The notes beneath the pieces were generated by a model that saw nothing but the letters and a program-made list of their open reading frames with translations, ran no database searches and was not told the origin of the DNA. A DNA stretch of 64,000 nt from Mizuhopecten yessoensis (Eukaryota). The position numbers and the translations under genes were made by a program. The stretch covers positions 1,261,140-1,325,139 of the forward strand of contig NW_018408507.1 of assembly GCF_002113885.1 (NCBI RefSeq), given 5' to 3'. Below, in pieces: positions 37,720 to 50,741 of the stretch (position 1 is its first letter; each line of letters begins with the position of its first letter).

Positions 37720-40700
37720 GGACTGAACCAAGTCGAGAGTGGGTCATATCCAGTCGTAAGGGGACCACATCCAGTAATAAGGGGGTTACGTCCAGTGGTT
37801 AATGATCACACCCAGACAATAAGGACCACACCCAGTGGTTAATGACCACACCGAGACAATAAGGACCACACCCAGTGGTTAATGACCACACCCAGACAAT
37901 AAGGCCCACACCCCGTGGTTAATGACCATACCCAGACAATAAGGACCACACCCAATGGTTAATGACCACACTCAGACAATAAGGACCACACCCAGTGGGG
38001 GATGACCACACCCAGACAATAAGGACCACACCCAATGGTTAATGACCACACCCAGACAATAAGGACCACACCCAGTGGTTAATGACCATACCCAGACAAT
38101 AAGGACCACACCAAATGGTTAATGACCACACCCAGACAATAAGGACCACACCCAGTGGTTTATGACCACACCCAGACAATAAGGAGCACACCAAGTGGTT
38201 AATTTCTACACCTAGACAATAAGGACCACACCCAGTGGTTTACGACCACACCCAGACAATAAGGACCACACCCAATGGTTAATGCCCACACTCAGACAAT
38301 AAGGACCACACCCAATGGTTAATGTCCACACTCAGACAATAAGGACCACACCCAATGGTTAATGCCCACACTCAGACAATAAGGACCACACCCAATGGTT
38401 AATGACCACACTCAGACAATAAGGACCACACCCAATGGTTAATGTCCACACTCAGACAATAAGGACCACACCCAGTGGTTTATGACCACACCCAGACAAT
38501 AAGGACCACACCAAGTGGTTAATTTCTACACCTAGACAATAAGGACCACACCCAGTGGTTAATGACCACACCCAGTCGTTAAGCATTTAGTCGTTAGGGA
38601 CAACACCCTTATAATAAGGGACCACACGCAACCGTCAAGGACCACACCCAGTCGTTGTGAGCCACAATCAGCCGTTAGGGACTACACCCAGTCTTTGGGG
38701 ACCACATCAAGTCGTTAGGGACCACACCCGGTCGTTAGGTACCATAACCAGTCATTAGGGACCACACACAGTAATTAGGGACCACACTCAGTCGTTGGGG
38801 GCCACACTCAGTCGTAAGGGACCACCTTCAGCTGTTAAGGACCGCACCAAGTCGTTGGGGGCCACACTCAGTCGTTAGGGACAGCATCAAGTTGTTAGGG
38901 AACACACTCAGCCGTAAGGGACCACATCCAGTCGTTGTGGGCCACACTGAGCCGTTAGGGACTACCCCCAGGCTTTGGGGGCCACACCCAGTCGTTAGGG
39001 ACAGCATCAAGTTGTTAGGGAACACACTCAGCCGTAAGGGACCACATCCAGTCGTTGTGGGCCACACTCAGCCGTTAGGGACTACACCCAGGCTTTGGGG
39101 GCCACACACAGTCGTTAGGAACCACACCAGTCATTAGGGACTACACTCACTCGTTTAGTATCACACTCCGTCATTAATTAAGTACATGCACCACGACCAG
39201 TCATTAGGGACCACACCCAGTAGTTAAGGATCACACTTAGTCGTTCGATTCCTAATTCAGTTGTAATGGACCATAATCAGTCGTACGGGACCACACCCAG
39301 TGATTAGGGACATCATTCAGTCATTAGAGGCCACACACAAGCGTATAAGGGACCACATCAAGTCGTTATTGACCACACCAAGTCGTTCGGGACCACATTC
39401 AACCGTTGAAGACCACACTTTGTCGCTAGGGACCACACTCAGCCGTTAGGGACCACACTTAGTCACTAGGGACCACACCCAGTCGTTCGGGACCACATTC
39501 AACCGTTGAAGACCACATTAAGTCGTTAGGAACCACACCCAGTCGCTAGAGACCACACTTAGTCGTTAGGGACCATACTTAGTCGCTAGGGACCACACCC
39601 AGTCGCTAGGGACCACACCCAGTCGTTAGGGACCACACTTAGTCGTTAGGGACCACACCGAGTCGTTAGGGACCACACTTAGTCTAGGGACCACACTTAG
39701 TCGCTAGGGACCACACTTAGTCGTGAGGGACCACACTCAGTCGTTAGGGACCTCACTTAGTCGTTAGGGACCACACTTAGTCTCTAGGGACCACACTTAG
39801 TCGCTAGGGACCACACCCAGTCGTTAGGGACCACACTTAGTCGCTAGGGACCACACCCAGTCGTGAGGGACCACACTTAGTCGTTAGGAACCACACCCAG
39901 TCGTTAGGGACCACACTTAGTCGTTAGGGACCACACCCAGTCGTTAGGGACCACACTTAGTCGCTAGGGACCACACTTAGTCGCTAGGGACCACACTTAG
40001 TCACTAGGGACCACACCAAGTCGTCAGAGACCACACTTAGTCGCTAGGGACCACACCAAGTCGATAGGAACCACACCCAGTCGTTAGGGACCACACTTAG
40101 TCGCTAGGGACCACACCAAGTCGATAGGAACCACACCCAGTCGTTAGGGACCACACTTAGTCGCTAGGGACCACACCAAGTCGATAGGAACCCCACCCAG
40201 TCGTTAGGGACCACACCAAGTCGATAGGAACCCCACCAGTCGTTGGGGACCACGTCAAGTCGTGATGGACCACACCAAGTCGTTTGGGCCACACTCGGTT
40301 ATTACTGACCACACTGATTAAGCCGTTCGGGGCCACACCAAGTCGGTAGGAATCACACACAGGTGTCAGGAACCACACTCGGTCGTTAGATACCACACTC
40401 AGTCTCTCGGGACCACATCCATTCCTTTGGGATCTCACACTCAGTCGTAAGGGACCACACTCACTCATTAGGGACAAAACCTAGTCCTTAAGGACCACAA
40501 CCAGTTGTAAGGGACCAAAGTCAGTCGCCTGGGACCACATCCATTCGTTAGGGACCACACTCAGTTGTTAGGGACCACCTCCAGTCGTTAGGGACCACAC
40601 TCAGTTGTTAGGGACCACCCCCAGTCGTTAGGGACCACACTCAGTTGTTAGGGACCAATTCCAGTCGTTAGGGACCAGACTCAGTCTTTAGGGACCACAT

Positions 40701-40720
40701 CTAATCGTTAGGGACCACAA
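37720..40720. repeat. Satellite, 20-bp base unit with a 40-bp dimer sub-array
   Basis: GACCACACCCAGTCGTTAGG family; 37795-38580 is the dimer GACCACACCCAGACAATAAG-GACCACACCCAGTGGTTAAT; 39540-40200 is a homogenised GGGACCACACTTAGTCGCTA type. Confidence 0.95.
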
Positions 40721-41394
40721 TTAATCACCTTTGACTTATAAGGCCTTCATTTTAAAATATTTCTGCTTACATTTTAAATCGTGTTTTGCTTTTAGTTTTT
40801 TAAGTTTTTTTTTCTGCTGCTTTTTAAAAAAGTTATATTTGCCTCAACTCTTGTAAGGTTTCCTGCTGTTATAAACTGAAAAATACGTTACAATTATTAC
40901 AAATACCTTACAATAAAGACACTGAATTTTGATAATATTTCTGCTGTTTGTATTGTTAGCTTATATCTTTGGTGTAATTACTCAAGACTTACTGCATATA
41001 ATTTCCGACTTTACCGTGTGCGAATTTCAGACTTTATTGTAGCACATTTCCTGTCGGGAACATACAATCTCTCCTGAAGGTATTGTTTGCCATTTTTCTG
41101 ACTTTGTTTGAAGCCGTTTCTGCTTGTAATACTGTTAGCTATTAGCAGCTTTTATTTTTCTGGGCAATTTCTCTGGCTTTACGGAGAGTTTTTTTCTGTC
41201 GATATTTTGAAACTTAATCATGAGTGATCCTATGTTAACTAGATCATTTCTGAGTTGTGAGCTATTTCGTTTTTAGAATTTATTATAACACGTTTACTCC
41301 TAATTTAAATGTGTATCTATAGTGGAATATATTCATGTAGTATGATATTAAAACCAAGTTTAAGACTCTCTCTCCGGTTTGTCTGTCGGTGGGA

Positions 41395-43100
41395 GTTGAT
41401 GACTTCGCCTCTTCCATCCGCCTGTACAAGGGACATTGCTGACCTCATCTCTCCCATCCGTTTATACAGGGGACAATGCTGACCTCGCCTCTCCCATCCG
41501 TTTATACAGGGGGCAATGCTGACCTCATCTCTCCCATCCGTTTATAGAGGGGGCAATGCTGACCTCATCTCTCCCATCCGTTTATACAGGGGGCAATGCT
41601 GACCTCGCCTCTCCCATCAGTTTATACAGGGGGCAATGCTGACCTCACCTCTCCCATCCGTTAATACAGGGGGCAATGCTGACCTTGCCTCTCCCATCCG
41701 TCTATTCAGAGGACATTGCTTACCTTACCTCTCCCATATCTCCGTACAGGGGGGTTGAGGTACAGGGGGCATTGAGGTACAGGGGGCATTGAGGTACAGG
41801 GGAAATTGAGATACAGGGGGCATTGAGGTACAGGGGGCAATGCTGACCTCGCCTCTCCCATCCGTCTATACAGAGGACATTGCTGACCTTACCTCTCCCA
41901 TCTCTCCGTACAGGGGGCATTGAGGTACAGGGGGCATTGCTGACCTCAAGTCTCCCACCTATCCGTACGGAAGGCATTGCTGACCTCGCCTCTCCCATCC
42001 GTTTATACAGGGGGCAATGCTGACCTCGCCTCTTCCATCCGTCTATACAGGGGACATTGCTGACCTCACCTCTCCCACCTCTCCGTACAGGGGGCATTGC
42101 TGACCTCAAGTCTCCCACCTATCCGTACGAGAGGCATTGCTGACCTCGCCTCTCCCATCCGTTTATACAGAGGGCAATGCTGACCTCGCCTCTCCCATCC
42201 GTCTATACAGGGGACATTGCTGACCTCACCTCTCCCATCTCTCCGTACAGGGGGCATTGAGGTACAGTGTACATTGAGGTACAGGGGGCATTGAGGTACA
42301 GGGGACATTGAGGTACAGGGGGCATTGAGGTGCATGGGACATTGAGGTACAGGGGACATTGAGGTACAGGGGACATTGAGGTACAGTGTACATTGAGGTG
42401 TAGGTGGCATTGAGGTACAGGGGACATTGAGGTACAGGGGGCATTGAGGTACAGGGGGCATTGAGGTGTAGGTGGCATTGAGGTACAGGGGGCATTGAGG
42501 TACTTGGGACATTGAGGTACAGGGGACATTGAGGTACAGGGGGCATTAAAGTACAGGGGACATTGAGGTACAGGGGACATTGAGGTACAGGGGACATTGA
42601 GGTACAGGGGGCATTGAGGTACAGGGGGCATTGAGGTACAGGGGACATTGAGGTACAGGGGACATTGAGGTACAGTGGACATTGAGGTGCAGGGGGCATT
42701 GAGGTACAGGGGACATTGAGGTACAGGGGACATTGAGGTACAGGGGGCATTGAGGTACAGGGGGCATTGAGGTACAGGGGACTTTGACGTACAGGGGACA
42801 TTGAGGTACAGGGGAAAATGCTGACCTCGCCTTCCCATCTGTCTATGCATGGGACATTGCTGACCTCACCTCTCCCATCTCTCCGCACAGGGGACATTGA
42901 GGTACAGGGGACATTGAGGTACAGGGGACATTGAGGTACAGGGCGCATTGGGGTACAAGGGGCAATGCTGACATCAAGTCTCCCACCTCTCCCTACATAG
43001 GACATTGAGGTACAGGGGGCATTGCTGACCTCATGTCTCCCACCTCTCCCTACAGGGGGCATTGCTGACCTCACTTTCCCAACCCGCCTGTACAGGGGCT
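41395..43100. repeat. Composite satellite of 40-bp units interleaved with derived 17-bp units
   Basis: 40-mer GCTGACCTCGCCTCTCCCATCCGTTTATACAGGGGGCAAT and 17-mer GAGGTACAGGGGGCATT share TACAGGGGGCA(A/T)TG. Confidence 0.95.
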
Positions 43101-43728
43101 ATTGTTGACTTATTGACTTTTAGTTAACAAAAGTTCTGCAAAATGTTATTGGTTTTGTTCACGTATACATCGTGACAAACTGTTCAAATACAACGTTAGA
43201 TTTAGATTATTGATCATTCAGGTTATTCGGGTTGGTATGTTTGTCTACCTACAGGGACTAAAGACTGACAAGGACGTTTTGTACTGGTCAATGACTCAAA
43301 TGGGGAAGTTTGTTTGTCCTCCGCGTCACAGATAAACACCAGTCACTGATTCGTGTAGCTATAGCAATTATATGTAAAATACATGAATAAAAAGATGTCA
43401 AAGAAAAGTTATAACCTCCATGAAGTGACCATATCTTTTTGCCATCTTACTTTCCGCCAAAATATTTCATAGGTTCCTATTTCCTGTCTGAAAACGTTTC
43501 CTTTCGATGTCAACCTCAATCTATCGCCGAACCATTCCTTCCCCAGGTTATATTCAGTGTAATTAAATACACAACGAAAGATGCTAAGTTGACACACTTT
43601 TCGACGTCCTATCTCAAACACAAGAGACGAGATGGTTGCGAATGAAATAGGATAGTTTGATTGCAATTTACGAGTAGATGTTGCTGTTCTTACGAAGGCG
43701 AGTTCTATTTTTTTCGCCCTGAAAAAGC

Positions 43729-46218
43729 ACGGTACGGGGATTTGTACCAAGGACATCTCAGGTACGTGGATTTGTACCCAGGACATCTCCGGTACGGTGA
43801 TTTGTATCCAGGATATCTCAGGTACGTGGATTTGTATCTAGGACATCTCCGGTACGGTGATTTGTACCAAGGACATCTTCGGTACGGGGAACTGTACCAA
43901 GGATATCTCCGGTACGGGGATTTGTATCCAGGACATCTCAGGTACGTGGATTTGTACCTAGGATATCTCCGGTACGGTGATTTGTACCAAGGACATCTCC
44001 TGTACGTTGATTTGTACCAAGGACATCTCCGGTACGGTGATTTGTACCCAGGACATATCCGGTACGGGGATTTGTACCAAGGACATCTCATGTACGGTGA
44101 TTTGTACCAAGGACATCTCCGGTACGTGGATTTGTACCCAGGATATCTCCGGCACGGTGATTTGTACCAAGGACATATCCGGTACGGGGATTTGTACCAA
44201 GGACATCTCATGTACGGTGATTTGTACCAAGGACATCTCCGGTACGTGGATTTGTACCCAGGATATCTCCGGCACGGTGATTTGTACCAAGGACATATCC
44301 GGTACGGGGATTTGTACCAAGGATATCTCAGGTACGTGGATTTGTACCCAGGACATCTCCGGTATAAGGATTTGTACCAAGGACATCTCCGGTACGGGGA
44401 ACTGTACCCAGGATATCTCCGGTACGGTGATTTGTATCCAGGACATCTCCGGTACGGGGAACTGTACCCAAGATATCTCCGGTACGGTGATTTGTACCAA
44501 GGACATCTCCGGGACGTGGATTTGTACCCAGGATATCTCCGGTACGGTGATTTGTATCCAGGACATCTCCGGTACGGGGAACTGTACCCAAGATATCTCC
44601 GGTACGGTGATTTGTACCAAGGACATCTCATGTACGGGGATTTGTACCAAGGACATCTCCGGTACGGTGATTTGTACCAAGGACATCTCCGGTACGTGGA
44701 TTTGTACCCAGGATATCTCCGGTACGGTGATTTGTACCAAGGACATATCCGGTACGGTGATTTGTACCAAGGACATCTCATGTACGGTGATTTGTACCAA
44801 GGACATCTCCGGTACGGGGAACTGTACCCAGGATATCTCCGGTTCGGTGATTTGTACCAAGGACATCTCCGGTACGTGGATTTGTACCCAGGATATCTCC
44901 GGTACGGTGATTTGTACCAAGGACATCTCCGGTACGGTGATTTGTACCAAGGATATCTCCGGTACGGTGATTTGTACCAAGGACATATCCGGTACGGTGA
45001 TTTGTACCAAGGATATCTCAGGTACCAGGATTTGTATCCAGAACATCTCCTGTACGGTGATTTGTACCAAGGATATCTCCGGTACGGTGATATGTAACAA
45101 GGACATCTCCGGTACGGGGATTTGAACCAAGGATATCTCCGGTACGGGGATTTGTATCCAGGACATCTCAGGTACGTGGATTTGTACCCAGGATATCTCC
45201 GGTACGGTGATTTGCACAAATGACATCTCCGGTACGGTGATTTGCACCCAGGATATCTCCGGTACGGGTATTTGTACCAAGGATATCTCCGGTACGGAGA
45301 TTTGTATCCAGGACATCTCGGGCACGGTGATTTGTATCCATGACATTTCCGGTACGGTGATTTGTACCAAGGACATCTCCTGTACGGTGATTTGTACTAA
45401 GGACATCTCCGGCACGGGGAACTGTACCAAGGATATCTCCGGTACGGTGATTTGTACCCAGGACATCTCCGGTACGGGGATTTGTACCAAGGATATCTCC
45501 GGTACGGGGATTTGTATCCAGGACATCTCCGGTTGATTTGTACCAAGGACATCTCTCACTAGTACGGTGATTTGCACCAATGACATCTCCGGTACGGTGA
45601 TTTGCACCCAGGATATCTCCGGTACGGTTATTTGTACCAAGGATATCTCCGGTACGGAGATTTGTATCCAGGACATCTCGGGCACGGTGATTTGTATCCA
45701 TGACATTTCCGGTACGGTGATTTGTACCAAGGACATCTCCGGTACAGTGATTTGTACCAAGGACATCTCCGGTACGTGGATTTGTACCAAGGACATCTCC
45801 GGTACGTGGATTTGTACCCAAAATATCTCCGGTACGGGGATTTGTACCAAGGACATCTCCGGTACGTGGATTTGTACCCAGAATATCTCCGGTACGGTGA
45901 TTTGTACCAAGGACATCTCCTGTACGGTGATTTGTACCAAGGACATCTCCGGTACGGTGATATGTACCAAGGATATCTCCGGTACGGTGATTTGGACCAA
46001 GGACATCTCAGGTACGGGGATTTGTACCAAGGACATCTCCTGTACGGGGATTTGTACTAAGGACATCTCCGGTACGGTGATTTGTACCGAGGACATCTCA
46101 GGTACCAGGATTTGTATCCAGAACATCTCCTGTACGGTGATTTGTACCAAGGATATCTCAGGTACGGTGATATGTAACAAGGACATCTCCGGTACGGGGA
46201 TTTGTACCAAGGATATCT
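43729..46218. repeat. Satellite, 30-bp unit, ~83 copies, open in several frames
   Basis: GGTACGGTGATTTGTACCAAGGACATCTCC; source of the 478, 504, 770 and 382 aa ORFs. Confidence 0.97.
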
Positions 46219-46783
46219 GATTGTAAATTATTTTTTCATCGCGCCGCATCATGGTACATTGTTGATACATTGTTCAGGTATTTTTCTGCGAAATTATTTC
46301 TAAATGTTGATATTTTCTAAATAGTTCCCCAACTTTTTTTTTTGTGTATGAAAAGTTAACGAACAATGGTGGGACGTTTTTGTGGATTTTCCCTCGCTTA
46401 CGAATTGTGGAAGCATACGCCCAAGTTATTTATGTGTTTAACACAATAGCGGAGAACTTTTTGCCAAGACTTGTTGAACTCTGTATCCAAGGTGACGCAA
46501 TAGTCTAATCCGTGCCAATAATATCTTCGTGCCAATAATGTTTATCTGCTTATGTGTGGCCCCCTGTCAATGTCACGCGCGTCTTCCCAGCCGTACCGTA
46601 CCATACATTCCCGTCCTAGCTGGTCCTCGTTCTCGAGGTATTCGTTTTGAAGGCCGAATTTTCATTCCATTTCCATGTTGCATATAATTACATATGTTAA
46701 TCCCCATTGATTTAAGTGTGATGCAAACTACAATTAAGTTGATCAGTCTTACAAATGTCGCCTAAACTTCGATAATAATGGAA

Positions 46784-47935
46784 GTAAGGATATTTCTGGG
46801 ACAGTGTTTAGACTAGTAGTAGACTCACCAGGTAAGGATATTTCTGGGACAGTGTTTAGACTAGTAGTTGACTCACCAGGTAAGGATATTTCTGGTACAG
46901 TGTTTAGACTAGTAGTAGCCTCACCAGGTAAGGATATTTCTGGTACAGTGTTTAGACTAGTAGTAGCCTCACCAGGTAAGGATATTTCTGGTACAGTGTT
47001 TAGACTAGTAGTAGCCTCACCAGGTAAGGATATTTCTGGTACAGTGTTTAGACTAGTAGTAGCCTCACCAGGTAAGGATATTTCTGGTACAGTGTTTAGA
47101 CTAGTAGTAGCCTCACCAGGTAAGGATATTTCTGGTACAGTGTTTAGACTAGTAGTAGCCTCACCAGGTAAGGATATTTCTGGTACAGTGTTTAGACTAG
47201 TAGTAGCCTCACCAGGTAAGGATATTTCTGGTACAGTGTTTAGACTAGTAGTAGCCTCACCAGGTAAGGATATTTCTGGGACAGTGTTTAGACTAGTAGT
47301 AGCCTCACCAGGTAAGGATATTTCTGGGACAGTGTTTAGACTAGTAGTAGACTCACCAGGTAAGGATATTTCTGGGACAGTGTTTAGACTAGTAGTAGCC
47401 TCACCAGGTAAGGATATTTCTGGTACAGTGTTTAGACTAGTAGTAGCCTCACCAGGTAAGGATATTTCTGGGACAGTGTTTAGACTAGTAGTAGCCTCAC
47501 CAGGTAAGGATATTTCTGGGACAGTGTTTAGACTAGTAGTAGACTCACCAGGTAAGGATATTTCTGGGACAGTGTTTAGACTAGTAGTAGCCTCACCAGG
47601 TAAGGATATTTCTGGTACAGTGTTTAGACTAGTAGTAGCCTCACCAGGTAAGGATATTTCTGGGACAGTGTTTAGACTAGTAGTAGACTCACCAGGTAAG
47701 GATATTTCTGGGACAGTGTTTAGACTAGTAGTAGACTCACCAGGTAAGGATATTTCTGGTACAGTGTTTAGACTAGTAGTAGCCTCACCAGGTAAGGATA
47801 TTTCTGGAACAGTGTTTAGACTAGGAGTAGCCTCACCAGGTAAGGATATTTCTGGTACAGTGTTCAGACTAGTAGTAGACTCACCAGGTAAGGATATTTC
47901 TGGGACAGTGTTTAGACTAGTAGTAGCCTCACCAG
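46784..47935. repeat. Minisatellite, 48-bp unit, 24 near-identical copies
   Basis: GTAAGGATATTTCTGGTACAGTGTTTAGACTAGTAGTAGCCTCACCAG; source of the 378 aa ORF. Confidence 0.98.
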
Positions 47936-47999
47936 TTTAAATCAGAGTCTCGAGTATGTTTATGGATATCAGCATCATGTTTCTTAAACTGTTGTTTGA

Positions 48000-49400
48000 C
48001 TGCCGTCGTCATATAAGTCATTAGCCTTGTGTGGATACCGTTGTTATATATGACCTTAGACTCGTGTGGATACCGTTGTCACAAATGACCTTAACATCAT
48101 GTGGATACCGTCGTCATATATGACCTTAGCCTCGTGTGGATACCGTTGTCACAAAAGTACTTAACATCGTGTGGATACCGTCGTCATATATGACCTTAGC
48201 ATCGTGTGGATACCGTCGTCATATATAACCTTAGCATCGTGTGGATACCGTCGTCATATATGACCTTAGCCTCGTGTGGATACCGTCGTCATATATGACC
48301 TTAGTCTCGCGTGGATACCGTCGTCATATATGACATAAGCCTTGAGTGACTACCGTCGTCATATATGACCTTAGCCTCGTGTGAATACCGTTGTCATATA
48401 TGACCTTAACATCGCGTGGATACCGTCGTCATATATGATATTATCCTTGTGTGGATACCGTTGTCACAAATGACCTTAGCCTCGTGTGGATACCGTCGTC
48501 ATATATGACCTTAGCCTCGTGTGGATACCGTCTTCATATATGACCTTAGCCTTGTGTGTATAACATTGTCACATATATACTTGACCTTAGCTTTGTGTGG
48601 ATACCGTAGCAATATGACCTTAGCCTTGTTTGAAATAAGGCGTTGTGTGGACACCGTTGTCACTTGACGTTGTATGGATACTGTACGTTGCCATGTGACC
48701 CTATAAGTCGTTGTATGGATACCGTACGTTGCCATGTGACCCTATAAGACGTTTTATGGATACCGTACGTTTCCATGTGACCCTATAAGTCGTTGTATGG
48801 ATACCGTCCGTTGCCATATGATCTACTGTACATCACGAAATGTTCGTGGGTACTTTCTTTTGTGGTTTGAAACCATTTACATTGTTTCGTGGTCCGAACG
48901 TTTATCATCCAAATTCGTTTGTATTCATTTCAATGGCTCAACGAATGTTAATACACAATGAATATTTCATGTTATACAATTTGCCGTTGTGTGAATACCG
49001 TTGTTACATGCCCTGAGCCGTTGTGTGGATACCGTTGCTACATGCCCTTAACCGTAGTGTGGATACCGTTGTTACATGTCCTGAACCGTTGTGTGGATAC
49101 CGTTGTTACATGCCCTGAGCCGTTGTGTGGATACCGTTGTTACTCGCCTGAGCCGTTGTGTGGATACCGTTGTTACATGCCCTTAGCCGTTGTGTGGATA
49201 CCGTTGTTACATGCCCTGAGCCGTTGTGTGGATACCGTTGTTACATGCCCTGAGTCGTTGTGTGGATACCGTTGTTACACGCCCTTAGTCGTTGTGTGGA
49301 TACCGTTGTTACATGCCCTGAGCCGTTGTGTGGATACCTTTGTTACATGTCGTAAGCCTTTTGTGGATATCGTTGTCATATATGCTATTTTGTGGATACA
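48000..49400. repeat. Three related arrays sharing TGGATACCGT (35-bp, ~41-bp and 34-bp units)
   Basis: GTGGATACCGTCGTCATATATGACCTTAGCCTCGT (48020-48630), TGGATACCGTACGTTGCCATGTGACCCTATAAGTCGTTG (48670-48825), GTGTGGATACCGTTGTTACATGCCCTGAGCCGTT (48985-49400). Confidence 0.92.
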
Positions 49401-50741
49401 GTCGAAGACGTACATTCCCAAGCTAACAACCGCCCTTCTCATAGCGTATAGAAGGCCTGCTGGTATACTGTCTTACTGTAGGCTGCTCATCATTTGTGTG
49501 CGTGTGCCAAAAACTATTAATTTTTGTTTTATCTTTCCAGGTGAAATCGAAATGACTCGCGACTATGCAATAATCAAGTTTGAGATAACATATTTTCATT
49601 GCTATGCTGTTTAAAAGGTTTTCATATCGCTCAAGTCGGTTATCTCCTACAAAGTGCCAGTTTATCAATGTTTCCAAGTTGTCAAAATGTAATGTATGCT
49701 TTGGTTTTTTGAAGATTGAAAAGCTTGGTGTCTGTTTACGTAAAAATATCTAACAGTCAGTCAGTGTGCTTGATGACGTTTTTTTTTATTATTCATGGTA
49801 CGCCTTCCTCTTGGATCTTACTTATTAATGGATAGCGGGGGGCTCGAATGGGAGGGTCACAAGGTCAGAGTACGTGTTTTCTGTCAGAGCCAAATTAACG
49901 TTATCGGTCTCAAATCTGACTCCTCTTTCACTAACATCAGCTTTATCATGTATAATCTACACCGATATAAACAGCTCCAATAGCTGGATACTGCAGATGC
50001 CTGAAAGACTGGCAACAGCATTCCCGCTCGTGATGACGTCAGTGAACGCGTGCTTAATGAACTTTCCGTAGGGGGTCAAACAACAAACTTAACATACTCA
50101 CGAACAAAATAAATGCCACACCCAAACAGACTGGATACTACAAGTATTGTTGATGTAAAGAGAATACATAGGAGTTCAGATGCAGACAACTGGCGTACCC
50201 CAGATAACAAATACTTATTGACAGTGTGAGCACGTGCGAGCTTAACCATCTGCACAATTATTGTAACTACGATTGGGAAATGCGTGCAATTTAAGAGCTA
50301 CAGCTAAAAACATTTAACTTTAACATATGGAATAAAACGAGCAAACAAAATTAAATCTAATTTATATGAATTGGGCTTGACCATGCAATGTTTTAGCATA
50401 GTTAAAGGGTTTCGTTACGGTAAGGCCTACACGGTACGTAGATGGGGATGGTTGAAAATGTAGTTTTGCCGAGCCATCACATGTTGTACATGGGTGTGTT
50501 CTTACAAGATTACATATCTAGAAATTTGTAAGAAGGTAAGAATAGAAAAGTGACTGACAACAGTTGCGATGTAAAAACATGGTTTGTAGCGAACGTGTAT
50601 ACAAACAAGCAGAGTTGGCACGGGACCCGCAGAGGGACACAACACGCGATACGTCCCAAATATTTAGTTCGATGTACCACAAATGTCATACAGCTGTTCT
50701 TTTCGTAAGGGAAATAATTACTTCAAATCAATGTTAATCTT

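Noticed and set aside
40740-41300. Lys-rich minus-strand sequence with an intron-like GTAAGG...TTTTTCAG, possibly a transposase relic
   Set aside because: No recognisable catalytic or DNA-binding motif; multiple stops.
41720-43074. Cys/Pro-rich ORFs (PQCPLYLNVPCTSM repeats) as keratin-associated or metallothionein-like genes
   Set aside because: They are translations of a 17-bp repeat; the same peptide cycles through all three frames because 17 is not divisible by 3.
43661-45219. RYGDLYQGHL (plus, 478 aa) and KSPYRRCPWY (minus, 504 aa) ORFs as shell or adhesive proteins
   Set aside because: No signal peptide; the plus ORF starts at TTG; both frames hit stops in the rest of the same array; five overlapping frames are open simply because the unit is stop-poor.
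46356-46508. LTNNGGTF... after an AG as NIDO exon 2
   Set aside because: Only NNG matches; downstream residues lack NIDO motifs (ISF, APFWAD) and the frame ends in a stop.
49500-49614. Strong acceptor TTTTGTTTTATCTTTCCAG| at 49540
   Set aside because: The phase-0 reading required by exon 1 stops after four codons (GTG AAA TCG AAA TGA); no homology in other frames.
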